A stretch of DNA of 62,476 bases from a virus (taxonomy: Duplodnaviria > Caudoviricetes). Every line of letters begins with the position of its first letter. Within the stretch, counting starts at the first letter, position 1. This document shows positions 9,826 to 17,850 of this stretch, in pieces. Below the pieces are notes generated by a model. The model was not told the origin of the DNA. It worked only from the letters and a program-made list of their open reading frames with translations, and searched no databases. The DNA lies in the IMG/VR virus record IMGVR_UViG_3300017788_000023, positions 1 to 62,476 of that record. The stretch is one strand, 5' to 3'. The position numbers and the translations under genes are program-made.

Positions 9826-9847
9826 GTAACAATTAAAACATTTAATG

Positions 9848-10147
9848 TCAGCAATTCCACGCACGAAGCGATTTAGATAGACGGTCTTCCCCAGTATTAT
9901 TGCTATCTTTTTGTCTCTTACGCATTCCTTTCATTCTAGCACAAAAGCTCTTCCTGCGGGGATTTCCAACCTTTTTTGAAGGTGCCTTAAGGTCGCTTCC
10001 AGGATTCTCACGCTCGTAAGATTTTCTTCCCTTTTCATTTAAACCACCTTCGGAATTTTTACCCGATTTTTTAGTCCAAGCAGCCCCCTCTTCTAAAGAA
10101 GTTTCGTATGCTTTTAGCTGCTCTCGTAACTCGGTAAATGTTTTCAC
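9848..10147 (-). CDS. Basic small protein, candidate internal head protein
   Basis: MKTFTEL...LEE N-terminus; AWTKKSGKNSEGGLNEKGRKSY...RRKSFCARM...SLRAWNC domain familiar from cyanomyophages. Confidence 0.7.
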   Translation of the reverse strand: MKTFTELREQLKAYETSLEEGAAWTKKSGKNSEGGLNEKGRKSYERENPGSDLKAPSKKVGNPRRKSFCARMKGMRKRQKDSNNTGEDRLSKSLRAWNC

Positions 10148-10419
10148 GATTGATATGAAACCGCCACTGCTCTTATGTCATTATTTGCAGCATAGATTTT
10201 TTGAGTAGGCAATTTTCTGATAACTAATGATTGACCAGGAGCTACACTAAAACTTGCTACTGTTGTTGGCGATGCTGCCCCGTCGGTAATTGTTACTAGA
10301 TGAGTTGTGTTACTTTGAGCATCGTGAATTAAACGAACTTCAGTAGCATCTCCAATTGTTGAAGCACCGCCAGCAGTTGTTGCTAGGGCACTTTCGGTTC
10401 CTAAAATTTTGAGTCTCAT
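10144..10419 (-). CDS. Hypothetical beta-rich protein
   Basis: Full ORF with AAGG RBS and upstream late promoter. Confidence 0.7.
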   Translation of the reverse strand: MRLKILGTESALATTAGGASTIGDATEVRLIHDAQSNTTHLVTITDGAASPTTVASFSVAPGQSLVIRKLPTQKIYAANNDIRAVAVSYQS

Positions 10420-10440
10420 ACGATGTACCTTTTATTTTTA

Positions 10441-10448
10441 TATTTATT
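10441..10448 (-). promoter_or_regulatory. Late promoter (AATAAATA) overlapping gp16 stop
   Basis: Motif about 20 nt upstream of the 91-aa ORF. Confidence 0.55.
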
Positions 10449-10869
10449 CTTCTACTTTTCCACGCTTCAACATTTTTTGAAGATCTGCTGTAGTACCAAT
10501 AAACATAGTATTGTTAACTGTAGTGGGTCCTGCTTTTTTATCTTCCTTACCTAGACTTTTCATTTTGTGTTGAAGGTCTATAAGCTTATCAGTTATATCA
10601 GAAACTTGTTTGATAGCATTTACCGCAACTTCATATGCCCTGGGATGCCCTGACTCTTGTGCTACTTCAAGCGCCCCCTGGACCGCTTCCTGCCCCTGTG
10701 AGAGGAGACGATATAATTCGCCTCTGGTATACTCGTAGTCTTTTTCGGCGTCTTGTGAGACCTCCTGGGTGCCTTTGGTGATGGGAATCATTTGCGCCAT
10801 TTCTGTACTGTCCTCATCAATGGCAATATCCAAAATTTCTTCCATATTTTTATCGAATGATTTACTCAT
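10444..10869 (-). CDS. gp16: Terminase small subunit
   Basis: DYEYTRGELY, AQESGHPRAYEVA, VNNTMFIGTTADLQKML. Confidence 0.93.
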   Translation of the reverse strand: MSKSFDKNMEEILDIAIDEDSTEMAQMIPITKGTQEVSQDAEKDYEYTRGELYRLLSQGQEAVQGALEVAQESGHPRAYEVAVNAIKQVSDITDKLIDLQHKMKSLGKEDKKAGPTTVNNTMFIGTTADLQKMLKRGKVEE

Positions 10870-11663
10870 AGTAATGTAATACCTTCATTAAATCCAAAAT
10901 CATCATCTGCCAATAACAACGCATTATCAGCAGCGTTAATAACTCCATCATTATTTTGATCTGTTAATGCTTTTGCTTCAACGTCATAACGCAGAGCACG
11001 CTTATGCTGTTGAAAATCTCCAATGCTTTCAAAAACCGTTGCCTTGCGAATAATTTCTGCTTCGGTTACTGGACCATAAACATAACTTTTTACAGTAAAT
11101 TGTAAAGTATATACAATACTTCTACGAGTAAGTAGGTCATCTTCATATTCATCAGAATAAGAAATACCATTTAAAATAACTGGTAAATCTTTTTTCTCTC
11201 CCATTTCTGATATCATATTTACTGTAACCATAAATGCTGGTTGAAAAAATGGAAGAATCTGTTCTAAAATTTGTAGAGCATCATCTTGATTTTTTGAAAG
11301 AATACCTAGCTCAAAACCAATGTTATATGGGACGGGCATATATTGAACTTTAGTGCTCGTGCCATCATCTGCCTTTAAATATTTTTGAATAGGACTTGTT
11401 TTTCTTTGCGAGTCATAATTAATATCAGTAACCTCGAAAGAAATACGTGGCATAGAGATAGCAATTTTTCTATCAACATCTGGATTTTGCTCTAAACGTG
11501 CCAAAAATTTATCTTTAGGACCATATGCTAAAGCAACTTTCTCGCGCTCTAATTCGATACCTGTCTGTGGGTCTTTGCGAATAACTTGAATATTATTAAA
11601 CAGTGTGCCGAAAGCAGTTACCGTTTTTTTAATACAAGAGTGATAGTAGTGTGTGCCTAACAT
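10866..11663 (-). CDS. gp15: Tail sheath stabiliser / tail terminator
   Basis: AFGTLFNNI, PRISFE, MPVPYNI, QILEQILPFFQP. Confidence 0.95.
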   Translation of the reverse strand: MLGTHYYHSCIKKTVTAFGTLFNNIQVIRKDPQTGIELEREKVALAYGPKDKFLARLEQNPDVDRKIAISMPRISFEVTDINYDSQRKTSPIQKYLKADDGTSTKVQYMPVPYNIGFELGILSKNQDDALQILEQILPFFQPAFMVTVNMISEMGEKKDLPVILNGISYSDEYEDDLLTRRSIVYTLQFTVKSYVYGPVTEAEIIRKATVFESIGDFQQHKRALRYDVEAKALTDQNNDGVINAADNALLLADDDFGFNEGITLL

Positions 11664-12562
11664 CAGAAGCTACCTGTAATATTTCCAAATTCGCCAAACG
11701 GATTGCCTTCTTGGAAGTCAATAATATCATTGGCTTTGTCTTCATAATATTTATTCTGTGCATTATTATACTTAGTAATATCAAAGTCAATTGTTGAGAA
11801 ACTATCAACTTGCCAAATCGCTCCGCTATCATCTCCTTCTACTGCGGTATTAATTCTAAACTGACCCTTAACATCAGTGACTCGCAGTTTGCGTAAAGCG
11901 GCATTCCATTCAGCAACTTGAGCAGACACTGTTACTGGTGCCCCATCTACAGTATATGTTTGTTCTATTTTTTCTCCAACTATAAACGTACCTGTTCCAC
12001 CTGTCTTTAGATAAATTGGGAATACATTAGAATCTCTGCCATAGTCATCAAGTAGTGCATCGTTTGTTTCAAACTGAGCGTTACCAGCCTGCCATAGCTC
12101 AGCAGTCATTCGAAAAATATATTGATTACCCAACTGATAGAATGGTTCTTCGCGCTCAACAAATTTAATTTCGTAAAGGTTATTTGTTAATGGATAGTAA
12201 ATTAAATCTCCCTCGTTTGGTCTGGTTTGAACTGTGGTATCAATAAGTGGATCAACATAACTTAACCATCTACGTTTTGATATCGCAAATGTAATTTCAT
12301 CAGTAATTTTTAATCCAAACTTAGATAACATTTCTGATGGAGAACCAAATCCTTCCACATTAATCAAAAACATTTCAACGACAGCAAACTCTTCAAACCT
12401 CGACAGAATCAAGTCACTCATTGTTTTATCAATGATTTTTTTTCTTGGAATATATTTACAATCAGCACCAAACAGAAAAATCTGCTCGTCTACTAAATCT
12501 TGTACTAAATTCTGTTCTGTGTCTCTTCCGCCAAAGTCGGGAAAATAAGTACTAGTTGCCAT
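11663..12562 (-). CDS. gp14: Neck protein
   Basis: EQNLVQDLVDEQI, SKFGL, RPNEGDLIY, EPFYQLG, NPFG. Confidence 0.95.
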   Translation of the reverse strand: MATSTYFPDFGGRDTEQNLVQDLVDEQIFLFGADCKYIPRKKIIDKTMSDLILSRFEEFAVVEMFLINVEGFGSPSEMLSKFGLKITDEITFAISKRRWLSYVDPLIDTTVQTRPNEGDLIYYPLTNNLYEIKFVEREEPFYQLGNQYIFRMTAELWQAGNAQFETNDALLDDYGRDSNVFPIYLKTGGTGTFIVGEKIEQTYTVDGAPVTVSAQVAEWNAALRKLRVTDVKGQFRINTAVEGDDSGAIWQVDSFSTIDFDITKYNNAQNKYYEDKANDIIDFQEGNPFGEFGNITGSF

Positions 12563-13404
12563 TATCCGATTGCATCAAGTGGTGGTAATTCGTAATCAGA
12601 AATCATTTTGCTTTCTAATTCTTCAATTTCTTTTACAGCATCTTCATAAATTTGGCGCCCGTTAAGTGATACGCCACCAGGAAGTTGAACGTTGTTAAAC
12701 TTGATAAGATTCTGCCCCCACTGGCGTTTAATTAAGGCAGTTGTATACTTTTTAAGAAAGCTGTCATTATATACTTCAGTCCAAGTTTGTGGATCCAATG
12801 CTCTGTAGCAATCGATAACAAGATATGAATCTTCGTGTATTCTATTTACATCTATATCAATGTATAATCTATCCTGTCTTTTATTGAATCGATACTCAAC
12901 AAGAGCACCAGTATTAATAACCATATCCAAGGTTTCAAAATACTGCTTAATCATATAGTAATTTGTCATATCAAAATTACCATAGGAAAATGTTCCACCT
13001 GATGAGATGGAAAATAAATCCATTAGGTAATACTGGTTAGATAATCCAAACAAACTGTTTCTCACAAAGTTTGAAGATACTCCAAATACTTTTTGAATTC
13101 CCATTACATGTTCTGGAATTTCAATAAAATTCTTTCTAGTTTCCCATACTGCTTCGTCTGGATTTGTAGTAATACTAGTTTCATCTGTAGATCGAAATCT
13201 AGTTACATCATTGGCAGTTAACTTATGCTTTAAATAAGTTCTTTCCATTCCATCAAAATGACGCTCATTGAAATACTGTAAAGCATCATCAACGCAATCA
13301 TCTAACTGAGATGTTGCTACGTTGATTTGGAGAATTGGTGCTCCTAATTTACGTAAACAAAAATCAATCAACTCTTGTCTAGTAGCTGGTCTTGATGCCG
13401 ACAT
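12562..13404 (-). CDS. gp13: Neck protein
   Basis: CLRKLGAPILQINV, KRQWGQNLIKF, LPGGVSLNG. Confidence 0.95.
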   Translation of the reverse strand: MSASRPATRQELIDFCLRKLGAPILQINVATSQLDDCVDDALQYFNERHFDGMERTYLKHKLTANDVTRFRSTDETSITTNPDEAVWETRKNFIEIPEHVMGIQKVFGVSSNFVRNSLFGLSNQYYLMDLFSISSGGTFSYGNFDMTNYYMIKQYFETLDMVINTGALVEYRFNKRQDRLYIDIDVNRIHEDSYLVIDCYRALDPQTWTEVYNDSFLKKYTTALIKRQWGQNLIKFNNVQLPGGVSLNGRQIYEDAVKEIEELESKMISDYELPPLDAIG

Positions 13405-13415
13405 GTATCACCCGC

Positions 13416-13449
13416 AAAAAATCCCTTCTTAAGTATTTATAAGAAGGGA
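13416..13449 (-). terminator. Intrinsic terminator containing a late promoter
   Basis: Minus strand TCCCTTCTTA-TAAATACT-TAAGAAGGGA-TTTTTT: perfect 10-bp stem, 8-nt loop, U6 tail. Confidence 0.8.
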
Positions 13450-13468
13450 GTATAGGGATATATTTATA
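13434..13468 (-). promoter_or_regulatory. Two consensus late promoters TATAAATA upstream of gp13
   Basis: Exact T4 consensus at 13434-13441 and 13461-13468. Confidence 0.7.
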
Positions 13469-13471
13469 TAC

Positions 13472-13669
13472 TTATTGTACTACTTCAGTTGGAGTAGTTT
13501 CTGCTGGTTCTTCTTCTGGAGGACTCAACAGTGCTATAGTTTCTAATCCACCTTGAAGTTTCAATTTATATTCTTTTGCTTTTGCTAGATTTGCTTCTAG
13601 TTCAGAAATTTGCTTTTCTGCTGCAGCAAGTTGTTCTTCAAAATTCTTTTTGAGTTGTTCAGTATCCAT
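13472..13669 (-). CDS. Small acidic coiled-coil protein
   Basis: Heptad pattern; own TATAAATA at 13700-13707. Confidence 0.75.
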   Translation of the reverse strand: MDTEQLKKNFEEQLAAAEKQISELEANLAKAKEYKLKLQGGLETIALLSPPEEEPAETTPTEVVQ

Positions 13670-13698
13670 GTTTGTTTATGTAAAATGATGTGACTGAT

Positions 13699-14376
13699 TT
13701 ATTTATACACTTCCATAAAGTATACCATAGTATGTCTTATATCGGTTATCCACCTATGACTTATTGCCGAAGCATGATATACAGAACCATCATATAAAAT
13801 TAATCTATTAAATTTTGCTGGTAAAAATCCAATTTTATCATTGTCTTCAGAATTTACCCACCCGCCAAGTGTATAATGTAAACCATGTTTCCTAAAAATG
13901 ACTGTACCATCATAGTCTTCATATTCTTTATTAAGATATGATATAGCAGCTATTACATTATCTCCATCAACATGTGGAGCATAAAATGAATTTTTATGTT
14001 TATTATAATATTCTGGAGTTGTGTTAAATAAATTATTTGCTATATGAAACAATCTTTCTTGTGAGATATCAACTGGATTTAAGTTAAAGCATTTTAAAAC
14101 TATATCTTCTAAAATATTTGTAAAAAATGGTTTTTTGTAAAAAACAAAATGAGATCTACCATCATAGTAATCTATTCCATTGTTAGCGTTATCATACGCT
14201 CCAGGTAATTTTACAGTTGGTGTTTTTAAAGCTAACTCATATATTTTATCAGGATACATCCAAAAATCATCAATAACTAAGTAATCCCCCCACGAATCTC
14301 TATAAACTTCAACGTTAAAATTATTTACAGAAAAAATATCTAGATCTATTATTTCTGGTAGATTTAAATTATTCAT
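13699..14376 (-). CDS. 2OG-Fe(II) oxygenase-like protein (DUF6445-type)
   Basis: LVIDDFW..PD, PHVD, FNRLILYDG..YHA, R; start moved to ATG 14376, which forms an ATGA overlap with the upstream stop. Confidence 0.8.
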   Translation of the reverse strand: MNNLNLPEIIDLDIFSVNNFNVEVYRDSWGDYLVIDDFWMYPDKIYELALKTPTVKLPGAYDNANNGIDYYDGRSHFVFYKKPFFTNILEDIVLKCFNLNPVDISQERLFHIANNLFNTTPEYYNKHKNSFYAPHVDGDNVIAAISYLNKEYEDYDGTVIFRKHGLHYTLGGWVNSEDNDKIGFLPAKFNRLILYDGSVYHASAISHRWITDIRHTMVYFMEVYK

Positions 14377-14963
14377 ACAAATCTTGGTCCGACAACCCAA
14401 CCAACTAAAGATTTTCTAAGACCACTTTTTATTTTTAATACTCTATGTTTTAATGAACTATCAAATACTGTAATAACACCACGTTCTTTTGGAACAGTTA
14501 GTAATTCATTACTTGATGATGTTAATATTTGAACAGTACCACCTTCATATTCATCTGGATCCGACAATTGTAATATAAAAGAAAGCTTTCTTGTCATGCC
14601 ATTTGGATCTGGGCTATCAGTATCGTTATGCCAATTATAAAATTCTCCTTCCGTATATGTTGTATATTGTATAGTATTATCTTGAAATGAAGCGATATTA
14701 TATTGAAAATTATCTTTATTTGCTATATCTACAAAATAGTAACACAGAGCACCTATCCAAGTTGTTGTTGGAATAAATTTAACTTTACTTTTTCTTATAT
14801 TTAAATTTACACGATTACCTACTGTTCCATAATCTAAAGTATCTTCATTTACATCATAAGATCGTGGTAATTCATTTTCTATAATATCTACCATTTCTTT
14901 TGGAAGTCCAGTACTTACCCAATACATGTCAAATTTTTCTGTTACTGAATTAAATCTAAGCAT
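14373..14963 (-). CDS. 2OG-Fe(II) oxygenase (PKHD / prolyl-4-hydroxylase-like)
   Basis: YNWHND, RKLS, YEGG, FDS..KHRV, RKSLVGWVVGP. Confidence 0.9.
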   Translation of the reverse strand: MLRFNSVTEKFDMYWVSTGLPKEMVDIIENELPRSYDVNEDTLDYGTVGNRVNLNIRKSKVKFIPTTTWIGALCYYFVDIANKDNFQYNIASFQDNTIQYTTYTEGEFYNWHNDTDSPDPNGMTRKLSFILQLSDPDEYEGGTVQILTSSSNELLTVPKERGVITVFDSSLKHRVLKIKSGLRKSLVGWVVGPRFV

Positions 14964-15540
14964 CGCTTTTCTCCATGAAAGATTCTAATACATCTTGAAT
15001 ATAAATATCGCCTTCACTACCATCATATTGAAATACCATAGTCAATCTTCCTTGGGATTCAGATAAGCACGTAGAAGGTCTAGATCCGTGATATAAAGAT
15101 GATGGGGCAATAACAACTCTACCTGGCTTGGGCAAAACTGAAATTGTAAAATCTGGGTTCTCTGATTTAGAAAAATATGTATCACCTCCCCAGTGTTGTT
15201 CCCATTTAACATTTAAATATATTATAAAACTAAGCCCATGTGGGGTTTCATAGTTATCTCTGTGGGTGTCACAGAAATCTAATTGTTTAAATAAATTAAT
15301 TAATACTCTAGAAAAATTTGGAATTTTAAAAGGAAAACTTACTTGTAGTTTTTCCAAAACCAAATTTACCACCTCATCATCTTGTTCTGGAAAGGATGTA
15401 AAACTAACAATTCGATGTGTTACATCGCTAGTTAATCTATAATTTTCTAATTTATATGCCCAATTTTCTAAAAATTCAATTTCTTCTGGTAAAAAAATAT
15501 CATCTACAATAATAATATCTTCAATGTAATTAACTCTCAT
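14956..15540 (-). CDS. 2OG-Fe(II) oxygenase (prolyl-hydroxylase-like)
   Basis: HRD, IIYLN..W...WGGDT, PKPGRVV, YHGS, RLT. Confidence 0.88.
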   Translation of the reverse strand: MRVNYIEDIIIVDDIFLPEEIEFLENWAYKLENYRLTSDVTHRIVSFTSFPEQDDEVVNLVLEKLQVSFPFKIPNFSRVLINLFKQLDFCDTHRDNYETPHGLSFIIYLNVKWEQHWGGDTYFSKSENPDFTISVLPKPGRVVIAPSSLYHGSRPSTCLSESQGRLTMVFQYDGSEGDIYIQDVLESFMEKSDA

Positions 15541-15545
15541 AATTT

Positions 15546-16211
15546 TTATTCATTAAAACGACTATAAATGCTCCGAAACCATCCAGTTAAAATATATTTG
15601 TTTTTTGTAAATACTGTATTACCTCTATGTATATGAGTATAAGCAGCGGGCCAAAGAACAATAGTTCCAGCGGTAGGTTTAACTCTTAATTTTTGATGAA
15701 AAAATTCTGTTTCTGCTTCCCCATCAGGCATATCGTTTAGATAAATCATCCAGGTTACATGTCTGCTATTAAACCCTTGAGATGCGCCTATTCTTTCAGA
15801 GTGCCAAATATGATAACCACCACCAGGAGGTGTTCTCTGCATTTTTACTTCTGAAGATATCAAAGTTGTTGAAGTTAAGTCTGGATATTCTTTAGAATAT
15901 TCTTCGAATGCTTTTTGTAAATGTTCATAGCAAACGTCAGCTAATCCTTCATCAAGAATATTTAAATATAATGCAATATCACTTCTTCCAGTTTTACCTG
16001 ATTTAAATTGTTTATCTCCCAAAGATAACTCCACCTTGTCCTCTCCTGCTTCATCTCTTGACTCTTCTGGTAGAAGAGCATAATCCTGAGGAGATAAACC
16101 AAAATTCATTAATTTTTTATTCAATGTGAATTCAAACCATTTAATGTATTCTTCACACATTTCTATGGACATAGCATTTTCAAAAATTCCAATGTGATCA
16201 ATTATTTTCAT
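15546..16211 (-). CDS. 2OG-Fe(II) oxygenase
   Basis: GGYHIWHSE, WMIYLND, ETEF, WPA.YTHIHRGN, KYILTGW. Confidence 0.9.
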   Translation of the reverse strand: MKIIDHIGIFENAMSIEMCEEYIKWFEFTLNKKLMNFGLSPQDYALLPEESRDEAGEDKVELSLGDKQFKSGKTGRSDIALYLNILDEGLADVCYEHLQKAFEEYSKEYPDLTSTTLISSEVKMQRTPPGGGYHIWHSERIGASQGFNSRHVTWMIYLNDMPDGEAETEFFHQKLRVKPTAGTIVLWPAAYTHIHRGNTVFTKNKYILTGWFRSIYSRFNE

Positions 16212-16232
16212 ATTTAATTTGTTAGTTATTAA

Positions 16233-16240
16233 TATTTAGA
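16233..16240 (-). promoter_or_regulatory. Variant late promoter (TCTAAATA) for the oxygenase cluster
   Basis: CTAAATA about 22 nt upstream of the first oxygenase ATG. Confidence 0.5.
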
Positions 16241-16244
16241 TTAG

Positions 16245-17849
16245 TTATAAGGCACCAGAAACTGTTCCTGTGTACGAATATGCATATGCTTGATTAGCTC
16301 TAACTGCTCTTCCAGCAGCGCCAGGGCTGCCACTGCCGCTAACCGCGCCGCCTGCTTGACCCCAATCACCTCCATTTCCACCACTGTTTCCAGGATTACC
16401 TCTATTACCTGCTCCTCCAGTATTTCCCCTTCCTCCTGGATTCCCTGAATTACCTCTGTTCCCAGGGTTTCCAGCATTTCCGCGTGCTCCATTGTTTCCA
16501 GGATTTCCGTTATTTCCTCTATTCCCGTTATTTCCTCTAGTAACAACTGATTCACCACTCGAATTGCAATTTTGCCCGTTGCGCCTTATGAATCGTCTGG
16601 TCCAGGTGTTAGTGGCGGACTGGACGCCGCCACCACCAGGATTACCACCGCCACCACCACCAGCACCACTACCAGGGTTGCCATTGTTGCCACCACTGCC
16701 AGGCCATGAAGTTGGAGAAGGATTGCCAGCATTTCCTGGATTTCCTGGATTCCCAGGATTGCCAGGGTTACCAGCATTTCCGCCACTACCTCCAATTCCT
16801 CCACTTAGATAATTATATCCTCTTCCTCGTCCCCCAGCTCCACCAGATCCACCAGGACCACCAGGACCACCAGATCCTCCACCACCACCATTTCCACCAC
16901 TTCCGCCAGGTCCACCCCTTCCATTGTTTCCAGGGTTTCCAGGATTTCCGCTATTACCTCTATTACCTCCGTTGCCTCGGGCTCCTCCAGGACCAGTAAC
17001 AGTTCTATTTCCAGAGTTTGACGTTGACGTTGTACGACTGCAGTTGGCACCCCCACCTCGGCCAAAAGTTCCAGACCACCTGACGGTCGTTCGATCTGGC
17101 CTCGAAAGTGAATTAGCGTTTCCAGCGTTTCCAGGGTTTCCAGGGTTTCCAAATGCTCCAGCAGTTCCACCATTCGCCCCATTTCCATTACCACCAGTAT
17201 TCCCAGGATTCCCACCAGATCCAGGATTCCCAGCAGATCCAGTATTACCAGGATTCCCAGGATTCCCAGTACCGCCCCCGCCGCCGCCACCTCTAATAGA
17301 TCCACCAGATCCAGATACTCTATATCCAACAACAGAAATTAATATGGCGTCACCACCAGGATTTCCAGCAGCTCCAGGATTACTACCCCCAAAACCTCCA
17401 TCACCATAAATGTTTCCACTATTAATTTGAATATTAACATTACCAGCTACAGTTCCTGTTCCAGATGATAATGCTGTATTTGCAGCTGAGCTAGCGCCAA
17501 TAGTTCCACTAATTATTAGGCGCTTCGGAATTACTTTATCGTAGTTACTATTCCATAGAGTTAACGAGGAAACAGTAACGTTTACGTCAGTGCCAGTTTG
17601 AGTAACTACAGATTCTTTTATTGTGTTTCTAAATTTACTAGCTGAAATATTAGAATTTGTTGTTGGAACAGCAGCATTTTCAGTAGCATCATAAATGAAT
17701 GGTGCCGAAGTATTATTAACAGTTTTTCTTTTTAATTCACTGTACGAAATCGGACCAGATGTTACTTCTTTATATGTATTTCGTAGGGAAGAAAGAGAAA
17801 TTGGACCAGTCCCCCCAAAATTTTGAGTTGTCGCTGAGTTGAATCCCAT
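16245..17849 (-). CDS. Glycine-rich gp38-like tail fibre adhesin with Gly-X-Y (Gly-Asn-Pro) tracts
   Basis: IYGDGGFGG...GGDAI...IRGGGGGGG and [12 protein letters not shown]...GAAGRAV...GTVSG resemble T-even gp38; directly follows an S74-chaperone fibre gene. Confidence 0.7.
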   Translation of the reverse strand: MGFNSATTQNFGGTGPISLSSLRNTYKEVTSGPISYSELKRKTVNNTSAPFIYDATENAAVPTTNSNISASKFRNTIKESVVTQTGTDVNVTVSSLTLWNSNYDKVIPKRLIISGTIGASSAANTALSSGTGTVAGNVNIQINSGNIYGDGGFGGSNPGAAGNPGGDAILISVVGYRVSGSGGSIRGGGGGGGTGNPGNPGNTGSAGNPGSGGNPGNTGGNGNGANGGTAGAFGNPGNPGNAGNANSLSRPDRTTVRWSGTFGRGGGANCSRTTSTSNSGNRTVTGPGGARGNGGNRGNSGNPGNPGNNGRGGPGGSGGNGGGGGSGGPGGPGGSGGAGGRGRGYNYLSGGIGGSGGNAGNPGNPGNPGNPGNAGNPSPTSWPGSGGNNGNPGSGAGGGGGGNPGGGGVQSATNTWTRRFIRRNGQNCNSSGESVVTRGNNGNRGNNGNPGNNGARGNAGNPGNRGNSGNPGGRGNTGGAGNRGNPGNSGGNGGDWGQAGGAVSGSGSPGAAGRAVRANQAYAYSYTGTVSGAL

Positions 17850-17850
17850 A

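Noticed and set aside
16241-17409. Overlapping ORFs with PGF, LEIL or His-rich repeats
   Set aside because: Antisense and off-frame shadows of the Gly-Asn-Pro codons.
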